Source of the DNA: a virus
DNA length: 42,742 nucleotides
IMG/VR virus record: IMGVR_UViG_3300045988_096127
Span: 1 to 42,742 of that record
Direction: 5' to 3' (one strand)
Of this stretch, positions 1 to 7,569 are shown piece by piece (position 1 is the stretch's first letter; every line of letters starts with the position of its first letter). The position numbers and the translations under genes were made by a program. The notes under the pieces were generated by a model that did not search any database, was not told where the DNA came from, and was given only the letters and a program-made list of their open reading frames with translations.

Positions 1-24
1 ACTATTCTTAAGAAAAAATCAATA
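1..24 (+). repeat. Terminal direct repeat copy 1 (actattcttaagaaaaaatcaata)
   Basis: Exact 24/24 identity with 42719..42742. The repeat reaches both window edges, so its true extent cannot be seen. Confidence 0.9.
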
Positions 25-39
25 ATTTCCTTTGATTTT
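15..39. repeat. Inverted repeat AAAATCAA-N9-TTGATTTT (candidate core-type recombinase site)
   Basis: 15..22 is the reverse complement of 32..39, with a 9-nt spacer. It partly overlaps the 24-nt terminal repeat in the int-proximal non-coding region. Confidence 0.4.
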
Positions 40-57
40 CTAGCTTTTTTTCAAGAC

Positions 58-79
58 TGTTACTAATTTGTTACTAATT
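58..79 (+). repeat. Tandem 11-mer TGTTACTAATT x2 (candidate integrase arm-type sites)
   Basis: Perfect tandem duplication. The same motif pair occurs at 42569..42590, and an 18-nt exact match (ctaatttgttactaatta) links 63..80 with 42574..42591. Confidence 0.6.
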
Positions 80-120
80 AATAAGAACCAACACATATTA
101 AAAATGACAAATAAAGACGT

Positions 121-151
121 GAAAATAGCCGGCAGATAAGCTCTACCGGCT
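121..151 (-). terminator. Intrinsic terminator after the endolysin gene
   Basis: On the minus strand: AGCCGG-loop-CCGGCT hairpin followed by ATTTTC, immediately 3' of the amidase stop. Confidence 0.55.
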
Positions 152-157
152 ATAGTT

Positions 158-931
158 TTATTTCTCATATACAGTAACGTATTTTGAAGATGCCGTGATA
201 TATAACCCAGATTTAAGCTTGTACATACTGCCACCGCCGACCTTGATAGGTCCTTCGGCAATGGTAAATACTTCATTTGCCTGCACCTCATGATCTACTG
301 CTGAATCATCCCAACTTGCACGCTTTCTTACTGCCAGACCGTCCATTAACACTCTGACATATTTTTTCACTTTCGGAAGTTGTACCGGTGCAACTGGCTT
401 CGGTGCTGCCTGTACATAATCTGCCAGAGCATAGGCAATTGCTGTGCAAATCTGCTCGAATTTCTGCTGATATGTGGTAGCATCTGGATCATTTACAAAG
501 CATACCTCAATCAACATGGATTTTGCTTTGGTCTTTTTGATTACATATAATCCGCTACCCTCTTTTACTCCACGGTTCGTGAATCCAAGCGCTGCAATAT
601 GCTCGCACACCTCTACTGCATCAGGATACTGTCTACCTTTATAGGTGTACACTTCCACTCCATGTCCTTTTCTGGCTTTGTCATTATTAAAATGAATGCT
701 AATAAAATAATCCAAATCAGTACGATTCGCCATATTTACCGCCTGTTGTAAATATGCTGACTGCGATGCCGCCTTGTCCACTGTACAAGGTACAACCTCC
801 ACTCCACATGCCTTAAACATCTCTGTCAGACGATTACATACTTTTCTTGTTTCAATACTCTCTACAATCACACCGGATGTGCCTGATCCCGGTCCTGATA
901 ATGTATGTCCTGCATTTAATCCGATTCTCAT
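158..931 (-). CDS. Endolysin: N-acetylmuramoyl-L-alanine amidase (Amidase_3 type) with a C-terminal SH3b-like wall-binding domain
   Basis: 'MRIGLNAGHT', 'ISIHFN' and 'LIEVCFVNDP' are typical of MurNAc-LAA amidases. It is the last gene of the late operon, 3 nt after the holin. Confidence 0.9.
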   Translation of the reverse strand: MRIGLNAGHTLSGPGSGTSGVIVESIETRKVCNRLTEMFKACGVEVVPCTVDKAASQSAYLQQAVNMANRTDLDYFISIHFNNDKARKGHGVEVYTYKGRQYPDAVEVCEHIAALGFTNRGVKEGSGLYVIKKTKAKSMLIEVCFVNDPDATTYQQKFEQICTAIAYALADYVQAAPKPVAPVQLPKVKKYVRVLMDGLAVRKRASWDDSAVDHEVQANEVFTIAEGPIKVGGGSMYKLKSGLYITASSKYVTVYEK

Positions 932-934
932 AAT

Positions 935-1162
935 TTATTCCTCACTTTCTACTTCTGGAATGCCGGCTACTGATGTGAGCAATGATGCAAGGCCAGCAAC
1001 TAATGCAGTCTGTAGCATCAATGACCATGCTGTTTCATTGAATGCTCCGATGACAAGCATTGTACCGGCAACTTGTGCCATCGTCTTAACAGCTCTGATT
1101 CCTGCTGCTTTGAACCATTTCTTTGTACTTACGCTTGGTTTTAAAACTGAATTTTTTAACAT
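935..1162 (-). CDS. Holin (LL-H-like small holin)
   Basis: 75 aa with two hydrophobic helices and an acidic tail 'PEVESEE'. It lies directly upstream of the amidase. Confidence 0.75.
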   Translation of the reverse strand: MLKNSVLKPSVSTKKWFKAAGIRAVKTMAQVAGTMLVIGAFNETAWSLMLQTALVAGLASLLTSVAGIPEVESEE

Positions 1163-1163
1163 A

Positions 1164-1412
1164 TTATTTTTCTCCTTCCAAATCTGCGATTCTGTGATTA
1201 ATTACCTTAATTTGTTCCTCCATGACCGGGACTCGCTGCGCAAAATTATTATGTAAGCGAACCTCACGTGTAAGTTCATCAATCTTACAGTCTGTGACTG
1301 CTTGTGCGGTCTGAAGCTTCTGCTCTGTTTTTTTCTGCCCAGAACTGACTGTAAGCACTGTTCCAATTAAAGTCAGTCCTCCTGCCACTAAAGCAGATAT
1401 AATCGATTCCAA
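1164..1412 (-). CDS. Lysis-cassette membrane protein (N-terminal TM helix plus coiled coil; XhlA-like role possible)
   Basis: 82 aa. 'IISALVAGGLTLIGTVLTV' forms a TM helix and is followed by a heptad-like segment. The gap to the holin is 1 nt, and the RBS is GAGGGAGG. Confidence 0.65.
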   Translation of the reverse strand: MESIISALVAGGLTLIGTVLTVSSGQKKTEQKLQTAQAVTDCKIDELTREVRLHNNFAQRVPVMEEQIKVINHRIADLEGEK

Positions 1413-1485
1413 ATGACCAACCTCCCTCTTTCTTTATAAAACCATTATAAATCTGCCAAGCCTTGTATTTGTGCCATTTTGCAAC

Positions 1486-1532
1486 GCAAAAAGCGCCGGA
1501 CAATTAATCTGATAGACTAATCATTCGGCGCT
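1486..1532 (-). terminator. Hairpin plus U-tract between tail fibre and lysis cassette (minus strand)
   Basis: AGCGCCG ... CGGCGCT stem (1492..1498 / 1526..1532) with a partly paired 27-nt interior. It is followed on the minus strand by TTTTTGCGTT. Confidence 0.4.
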
Positions 1533-1639
1533 ATGGCACTGCTTTATTTTGTTGCTATTATTATACACCACAATTCATATAAATCAAATATTTTAAATCG
1601 CAATTCTGTGATTTTAAGAAAATGTACTGATTATCTAAA

Positions 1640-1668
1640 TTTACATTTGCAAATTATTACCTTATAAT
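1640..1668 (+). promoter_or_regulatory. Sigma-70-like promoter on the plus strand (TTTACA-17-TATAAT)
   Basis: -35 TTTACA at 1640..1645, a 17-nt spacer, and a consensus -10 TATAAT at 1663..1668. Confidence 0.5.
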
Positions 1669-1674
1669 TTTTTT

Positions 1675-1776
1675 GAGAGAGTCATCTACGAAATTGATTT
1701 AAAAAATACCTTCCCAGATGACTTTTCTCCTCTTATCGTGTTATACGAGCCGGAATTATCCGGCTCTTTTTATTTT
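1675..1776 (+). ncRNA. Candidate ~100-nt small RNA, antisense in orientation to the late operon
   Basis: Located downstream of the promoter. It has a 13-bp hairpin (1675..1687 / 1716..1729, with one wobble pair and one bulge) and then the intrinsic terminator GAGCCGG-aattat-CCGGCTC + TTTTTATTTT (1747..1776). There is no RBS-preceded ORF. Confidence 0.4.
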
Positions 1777-1803
1777 ACCATGTTGCATCACTGAAACCAG
1801 AGT

Positions 1804-1932
1804 TTAATAAATTTTTTTTCCACATTTTACACATAACCTTGTTATATGTTCTTGTCCAAAAAATGACCACATTTCATTTGTATTTACATATTCATGTTTA
1901 CATAACAACTGCCTAAATACATATTTTATCAT
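1804..1932 (-). CDS. Small hypothetical protein (42 aa, Cys-containing, 'CVKCGKK')
   Basis: The ATG lies 2 nt after the tail-fibre stop, with GAGGG 7 nt upstream. The ORF is below the ORF-track size cutoff. Sequence: MIKYVFRQLLCKHEYVNTNEMWSFFGQEHITRLCVKCGKKIY. Confidence 0.4.
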   Translation of the reverse strand: MIKYVFRQLLCKHEYVNTNEMWSFFGQEHITRLCVKCGKKIY

Positions 1933-1934
1933 AA

Positions 1935-3638
1935 TCATGCCCTCGGAATAATGACAGCCCACTTATCGTTAACATTATCATATTTTAACAATCCTTCAGT
2001 CGAAATTGCATAAATCTGAAAATCATCGATAAATAAAAGCATAGTTGATGACTTATATGATTTTGAATCACTATAATCTATGACAGTCACATATAAAACA
2101 TCATTCTGCTTTGCATAAGAGTTATAAAGCTGAGCAAGTGTCAGCGTCTTCGTTTCTTTTAATGGCAAATGAACAATATTTAACGAGTTTCTCGTCCTTG
2201 CAACGATTGCATCCATACTTAATTTCTGGGAAACCACATCACGCTTTTCTGTTATTCCGCCTCTCGTAATAATAGGTTTCATTTTGACATTTTCAAACGA
2301 AGCAGTTGCCGTGGAAAGCCAGACGCTAATATATTTTATTTTCGTGTATTTTCCATCAATGTTATTAATTTCAACTGGAGAAGTTACATAAAATGTTTCA
2401 AGTTCCGAATCCTTCGCCCGCTCAAATGAGACTGCTAATGTCACTCCAGATGCGCTAGGTCGATTTTCAAAGTGAGGATCCATACTGTAAATGTCATTAT
2501 ATAATGGAATATTTTCAAAATTATCATGAATTAATCTAAATAATACTTGATTTGTTTTTGATGGAATTTTTCCATTGCTTCCGATAAGTAAAGATCCATC
2601 ATTTTTAGCTTCCACCGTTGTTAACGACGAACTGTTGAATGACTTCGCATAACTGCCTGTGCTTGTTGCGCAATATGGAAATGGAATTAAATTCTCCTTG
2701 CACATCTCAATCTGCTCCTGCAATCCTGCGTTTGACATCGAATATTGTTTATAATCTGACGCAACAGTTCCGTATTCCAGCATCGGCTTGAATATAACAT
2801 TATTTAAAGTTACTCCTTTCCACACAGAAATGTATGGAGCTATATATTTATATCCCGTCACAACTGTCCCGGCTTGTGATACCCTGATAATTTCCCCCGA
2901 CGATGGCGATGGCGCGTCTTTTTTTGTATAAACGCGCGCGCTTAAGCAGTACTTTCCACTCGAGCTTCCATTTGGCGAGCCGCTTATCGTGTATTTTATA
3001 TTATCATCAATCTCTAAATCATTAAAATATTTAATCCAAAAACTTAAATCGTCAGTTGCAGTGCCATTTGCAGTTATCGTCCCGTCGCCATTATCTATAA
3101 ACGTCACACCATTAATCGTCCGTGTTGTTTCATGATATGGGTAAGGAATTAAATTTTCATTTATAATCGTTAAACTCCGGGTGACATCCTCTATTGCATC
3201 TTTATTTTCTGCTATCGCTCCGGTCACAGTTCCATCACCGATACCAGATATATCAGTCGTTCCTATTTTTTTAGTATTACTATTTGCCAAATCATAAGCA
3301 GCTTTTACAGCTTTTGGCGTTGCCGCCACTCCAGCAGTTGATGCACTTGTACTTGATGTGCTGTCTGATAATTTTACATGTCCCAAAACTGAATTGGTAG
3401 CTTTAGATGCCACATGACTTATTAATGTACTGACTGCCTTTGCAATCTTTCCAAACGCTACAGTAATCATTTCTCCACTATTCAAATCTGACATGGCTGT
3501 AGACACTTCATAAGCTGGCTGCTTTAATCCATTAATCTCACGATCAATGATGTCCATGTTTTCATTCTGCACATTAATATCATAAAATTCATCCTCTGAC
3601 GGCTTTGTTAAATTCAAATTTGTTGTTTTACTAGACAT
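1935..3638 (-). CDS. Tail fibre protein
   Basis: The N-terminus 'TTNLNLTKPSEDEFYDINVQNENMDIID' and 'ATPKAVKAAYDLA' are typical phage tail-fibre motifs. It follows the baseplate genes, in the XkdV position. Confidence 0.85.
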   Translation of the reverse strand: MSSKTTNLNLTKPSEDEFYDINVQNENMDIIDREINGLKQPAYEVSTAMSDLNSGEMITVAFGKIAKAVSTLISHVASKATNSVLGHVKLSDSTSSTSASTAGVAATPKAVKAAYDLANSNTKKIGTTDISGIGDGTVTGAIAENKDAIEDVTRSLTIINENLIPYPYHETTRTINGVTFIDNGDGTITANGTATDDLSFWIKYFNDLEIDDNIKYTISGSPNGSSSGKYCLSARVYTKKDAPSPSSGEIIRVSQAGTVVTGYKYIAPYISVWKGVTLNNVIFKPMLEYGTVASDYKQYSMSNAGLQEQIEMCKENLIPFPYCATSTGSYAKSFNSSSLTTVEAKNDGSLLIGSNGKIPSKTNQVLFRLIHDNFENIPLYNDIYSMDPHFENRPSASGVTLAVSFERAKDSELETFYVTSPVEINNIDGKYTKIKYISVWLSTATASFENVKMKPIITRGGITEKRDVVSQKLSMDAIVARTRNSLNIVHLPLKETKTLTLAQLYNSYAKQNDVLYVTVIDYSDSKSYKSSTMLLFIDDFQIYAISTEGLLKYDNVNDKWAVIIPRA

Positions 3639-4176
3639 TCGTCAACACTTCCTCTCTCACTTGTTTCTGTGTGTATACTGCCAACTGCGCATGCGTGTAA
3701 TGCGAAAGTATTTCATGCGTATTAAACACACTAACCGAAATAACCATATTAGCTGGCACAACACGTCTTAACATATCACACACATCCTGGTAATTATTCT
3801 CATTGCCTAAAGCTAATTTAACATTGAGTAAATATTTATCTGCGCTTAGAATCAGGAGATACCCATTCTCTCCGCACATTCTTTTTAATTGCTGTTCCAA
3901 TACCGGCAGTGTATATGGAAGCTGTTCATTCAATTTAACCAAAATTCTAAATTTTCTCTCGTCTTGCGTATCTGTATCTTTTGGAATAATTCCAAGAATT
4001 TTCTCCATACGCTCTATGCCGATAGAAGATGAATCTGATACAAATTGATTATTCAAGACATTTTCTGCTTGTGGCCAGACTATTTCGAATTCTGGCTGTT
4101 CAGCTTCCATAATTGCTTTTATTTCTTTATATACCATTAAATATGGTGGCAAATAATCTATTATCTTACGCTCCAT
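3631..4176 (-). CDS. Baseplate/tail protein, XkdU/YmfQ-like (DUF2313-type)
   Basis: 'IIDYLPPYLMVYKEIKAIMEAEQPEF' is a typical N-terminus for this family. Its position after the baseplate J protein also fits. Confidence 0.75.
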   Translation of the reverse strand: MERKIIDYLPPYLMVYKEIKAIMEAEQPEFEIVWPQAENVLNNQFVSDSSSIGIERMEKILGIIPKDTDTQDERKFRILVKLNEQLPYTLPVLEQQLKRMCGENGYLLILSADKYLLNVKLALGNENNYQDVCDMLRRVVPANMVISVSVFNTHEILSHYTHAQLAVYTQKQVREEVLTNV

Positions 4177-5206
4177 CCGTCACACTTCCTCTCACAGGAA
4201 TGGAATTGGATTCCAATATTAAATTCTCTGCATTTCCATTTATCTTTGTATTTGAAATATCAATTACTCCGGCACAGTCCAAGATTCTTGTTTCAATTTG
4301 GCTGATTCGTACAATTAACTGATCAGACGACGCCCAGTTTTTTGCAAGTTCCTGAAAATAAGCGTCAATAGCTTTTTCAATATAATTTCCAGATGTTTTC
4401 CAACTCCACCCTGTCTGATATACGATATTAGTTTCTATCTGAATCTCCTTTTGGGTCGTGCCATCTACCGTTACGATATGTCCGATTGGAGCTACCGAAT
4501 CAATCTCTTTTTGTACTTTTTCTATCAATGTGGTTGTAGGCACTGTATAATCTGATGCAATAATAGTTAACTTTACCGTTCCACCGCCATTCCAGACAGG
4601 TGTCACTTTTACACCTCCAACGCCTTCTATAGCATTTGTTTTCTGCTTATAGTCTGTAATATTGCCTCCATATGACTGGCTCACAAGAGTATCAAAATAT
4701 CTCGATCTGAGATCTTCATCTGATTCTTCATTTTCGCCCGGAATTAAAATAGCCGTGATTTCTGCTGTTTCTAATCCGTTAATATAGTCAATCGGAATCA
4801 ACTGACCAGAAATCCCATTTGGAAGACTTCCTGCTGTCTCACACACCATCTCATACACACCATTTCCAATCTGTTCTTTAACTGTATAATTGTAATCTCC
4901 ACAATTAAATCGCAAACCAGACAAATCCAAGTCAACCGGTTTAAAAGTTCCCTGAACAATCGCATGCGTTGCTGGCTGTCTTGTGATTCCTCTTTCCATG
5001 CATCTTTTATCCAGATAAACTCCTTGACAGGTATCTGCAAATGTCTGGTCTAAAGCTGTCTCTAATTCAGTATAAAGAATAGACATTTCAAATGCTGCCG
5101 GTGCAAGTGCATCAAATATAATCGCTCCCTCACGCTTATCTAGGGTATCTGGCACCCTAGACAACATACGTTCCATAATCTTTTCATATGTCATCTCTTC
5201 GAACAT
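4166..5206 (-). CDS. Baseplate J-like protein (XkdT-like)
   Basis: The size, the synteny between the XkdS-like and XkdU-like genes, and the 'LDKREGAIIFDALAPAA' N-terminus are typical of Baseplate_J proteins. Confidence 0.85.
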   Translation of the reverse strand: MFEEMTYEKIMERMLSRVPDTLDKREGAIIFDALAPAAFEMSILYTELETALDQTFADTCQGVYLDKRCMERGITRQPATHAIVQGTFKPVDLDLSGLRFNCGDYNYTVKEQIGNGVYEMVCETAGSLPNGISGQLIPIDYINGLETAEITAILIPGENEESDEDLRSRYFDTLVSQSYGGNITDYKQKTNAIEGVGGVKVTPVWNGGGTVKLTIIASDYTVPTTTLIEKVQKEIDSVAPIGHIVTVDGTTQKEIQIETNIVYQTGWSWKTSGNYIEKAIDAYFQELAKNWASSDQLIVRISQIETRILDCAGVIDISNTKINGNAENLILESNSIPVRGSVTDGA

Positions 5207-5604
5207 TAAATACTCACCTCTTTTTCCATCTGAAAATCACCAAAAATGGTGTGCACTGAAAATGTACACACCACCTCATGTTTTTTACTTGTATCAAATT
5301 CAAATTGATCTACCGAATTAATTCTTTCATCTTGCAACAATGCTTCTTCAATTCGTCTGGTTATCTCAGGACATGCATATGTTACTGATTCGCCAAATAA
5401 ATCCACCAATTCTATACCATAATTCCATGAGTATATCGGGTAGACATATCGTTCTGTACATAATATCTTATATACCACCTGCTTCATTGCTTCAATGGTA
5501 TCCACCGTACCTCTAACGCTTTCACTGATCATTCGATAATTTTTACTCGGCATATCCTCTTCATTTATTTCTGTAAGCAACAAATTATTAACACTTGGGA
5601 TCAT
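5206..5604 (-). CDS. Baseplate protein, XkdS-like (DUF2634-type)
   Basis: 'YPIYSWNYGIELVDLFG' and 'EITRRIEEALLQDERI' are typical. The stop/start overlap indicates coupled translation with neighbours. Confidence 0.75.
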   Translation of the reverse strand: MIPSVNNLLLTEINEEDMPSKNYRMISESVRGTVDTIEAMKQVVYKILCTERYVYPIYSWNYGIELVDLFGESVTYACPEITRRIEEALLQDERINSVDQFEFDTSKKHEVVCTFSVHTIFGDFQMEKEVSI

Positions 5605-5606
5605 AT

Positions 5607-5945
5607 TTACACCGCCTTATCCAAAATAATATAACTTTGACCGCCCTGGATTCTTGCAAGGATCACTTTATCTCCTGTTTTTAATGCATTATGGATTACT
5701 ATTTTTTTCGTCCCCTTTTCATATTCCCAATCAACATCAACAGACATCTCATGGTTTGTTACATTACGCGCTAAGACAAGTTGTTCTTTCCCAAGTATAA
5801 GCTTCTGGTCTACTTTAACTTTTAATGGAGATACGCTTAATACTGTTCCTTCATAAAATCCTGCTGGTCCGGCGGAATTTACTGCATCTAATGCTGCTTG
5901 CTTGATCTGTTTGATCAATCCATCAAATTCAGACAAAATCACCAC
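5607..5945 (-). CDS. Baseplate spike/plug protein, XkdR-like (DUF2577-type)
   Basis: 112 aa with 'GTVLSVSPLKVKVDQKLILGKEQLVL' typical of the family. Synteny supports the call. Confidence 0.7.
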   Translation of the reverse strand: MVILSEFDGLIKQIKQAALDAVNSAGPAGFYEGTVLSVSPLKVKVDQKLILGKEQLVLARNVTNHEMSVDVDWEYEKGTKKIVIHNALKTGDKVILARIQGGQSYIILDKAV

Positions 5946-6885
5946 CCCTTAATGTCAAATTCATAAAATTCTCATTTTCTCTAAAAACATGCTTACACGA
6001 TTCCACCAACATCATAGACTGAACTTTTGCAACTCCTAAATTCAGAATAACAGGTAATAAACATCCTGCCCGGACTGATACATCTCCTATTGCATTCGTA
6101 ATCTGAAATGATTTTGATTTTCTGTTATACAATTGCAATAAAGATCCAACTTTTTCTTTGCCATTTTCACCCTCAGATAACTTATCGTAATACTGCAGCA
6201 TTCCCCACTCATTCATTTTAGATGAATCCTGCGCAATATATACATCTCTCTGTCCGGTGTTCTTATTGTCATAAACAAGCTTTATTTTGTTATACGTCTG
6301 ATCATCAATGGATGAGCTATATTTATAATTTTCTCCTGTTTCAGAATCAATCAAAATATTAACTGCCAAATTTGCAATATTTTTCAGTGACAATGAGCCG
6401 AAATCATCATATAAAACATACATTTCACCAACATTCATTAAAGTCTGATCTAGACAATCCTGCATGATGTCAAATAAAGATTTTCCGTCTTCCACAAGGG
6501 ATGGTATTACATAACCGGTATCTTCCACATCTCCAGTCTGCAATTCAAAATCTGCAGCTATCAGCTCTAAAACTTCACCGGCTGTTTTCCCATTAATCAC
6601 ATAAGTATCCTTATTTTTAAAATACCGCAATTGATCATATGCAGTAATCGACAGCACCGGTTCCTTGTCCTTTTCTATTTTAAAAATAAAGCCATAAAAC
6701 ACATTTAATCCATTCCAGCGCAATCTCACTGGATTACCCTCTGTGACATTTAATTTGCTGTCATACATACATTTAAAAGTTAACTTTCCCGGTGATCCAT
6801 ACCTTTCAGTTTCCCATTTAATATCCTCTAGTACGGCGGGAAAATACACAGTATCTCCATTCTGGATTAATAATTCTGCTGACAT
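5929..6885 (-). CDS. Baseplate hub / late-control-D-like protein (XkdQ-like)
   Basis: 318 aa, positioned between the LysM protein and the XkdR-like gene as in PBSX-type tails. Confidence 0.7.
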   Translation of the reverse strand: MSAELLIQNGDTVYFPAVLEDIKWETERYGSPGKLTFKCMYDSKLNVTEGNPVRLRWNGLNVFYGFIFKIEKDKEPVLSITAYDQLRYFKNKDTYVINGKTAGEVLELIAADFELQTGDVEDTGYVIPSLVEDGKSLFDIMQDCLDQTLMNVGEMYVLYDDFGSLSLKNIANLAVNILIDSETGENYKYSSSIDDQTYNKIKLVYDNKNTGQRDVYIAQDSSKMNEWGMLQYYDKLSEGENGKEKVGSLLQLYNRKSKSFQITNAIGDVSVRAGCLLPVILNLGVAKVQSMMLVESCKHVFRENENFMNLTLRGGDFV

Positions 6886-6893
6886 TTTCCCTC

Positions 6894-7568
6894 CTATACC
6901 GGAATCGTAAATACTTGATTTGGATATATCAAATTAGGATTGCTGATTCCATTTGCATTTGCAATTTTCATATAATATGTTTTTGATCCACTTCCATAAA
7001 ACTTTTTTGCTATTACACTTAGGCAGTCACCCTTTTTGACGGTATAAGTGGTTGGCAAACCATTAGATGGTGCTGTTGATGTATTACGAGAATTTTTCAC
7101 CTTTGCTGTTGTCTTTCTCTGCGTAATCGATAAAATAGCTGTTTTCGTTCCATATTCCTTATACTGCTTAAGCTTTATCGATACAGTAACGTCTAAACCG
7201 TTCTTGCTTTCTTCCACAATGTTATAATTTTCAAGTGATACTTTCATATTCGTATCAAATAACATCTTTCCGTTAGGAAATGCTCGTGTAACGATAAATT
7301 GAAATGGCAGTTTACTTTTTTTCAATGTCTCTATAGCATTCAGAAAGGCCTCTGCTGGCTGATAGCCATTTTTATAAACTGCAAAACCATATTGAACATT
7401 CGGTAACAGCGCATCAAATTCAATTTCTGTCAAACTGGCAGATTTCAAAACATTAATTTCACCATCATTTATAAGGTTATATGTTTTATTCTGTCCACCA
7501 ATTTTAAGAGTAAGCTTCGACGGTGCAACCGGCAACAATGTTTTCCCTAAATAAAAATAATATGCCAT
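6894..7568 (-). CDS. LysM-domain tail protein (XkdP-like)
   Basis: C-terminal LysM motif 'YTVKKGDCLSVIAKKFYG...NPNLIYPNQVFTIP'. It lies immediately downstream of the tape measure gene. Confidence 0.85.
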   Translation of the reverse strand: MAYYFYLGKTLLPVAPSKLTLKIGGQNKTYNLINDGEINVLKSASLTEIEFDALLPNVQYGFAVYKNGYQPAEAFLNAIETLKKSKLPFQFIVTRAFPNGKMLFDTNMKVSLENYNIVEESKNGLDVTVSIKLKQYKEYGTKTAILSITQRKTTAKVKNSRNTSTAPSNGLPTTYTVKKGDCLSVIAKKFYGSGSKTYYMKIANANGISNPNLIYPNQVFTIPV

Positions 7569-7569
7569 T

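Noticed and set aside
40-291. 83-aa minus-strand ORF overlapping the 3' end of the endolysin gene
   Set aside because: It is out of frame inside the amidase SH3-like domain and runs through the terminator hairpin. It has no RBS and reads like a frame artefact.
774-1256. Plus-strand 160-aa ORF across the amidase/holin genes. Similar long plus-strand ORFs occur at 7523..7951, 9128..9562, 14891..15259, 19495..20124 and 33264..34097.
   Set aside because: These are antisense shadows of well-supported minus-strand genes. They have no RBS, a low-complexity Ser/Leu/Phe-rich composition, and would overlap real genes completely.
1935-3638. Tail fibre considered as a target of a diversity-generating retroelement
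   Set aside because: There is no reverse transcriptase gene in the window, and I saw no template/variable repeat pair matching the fibre 3' end.
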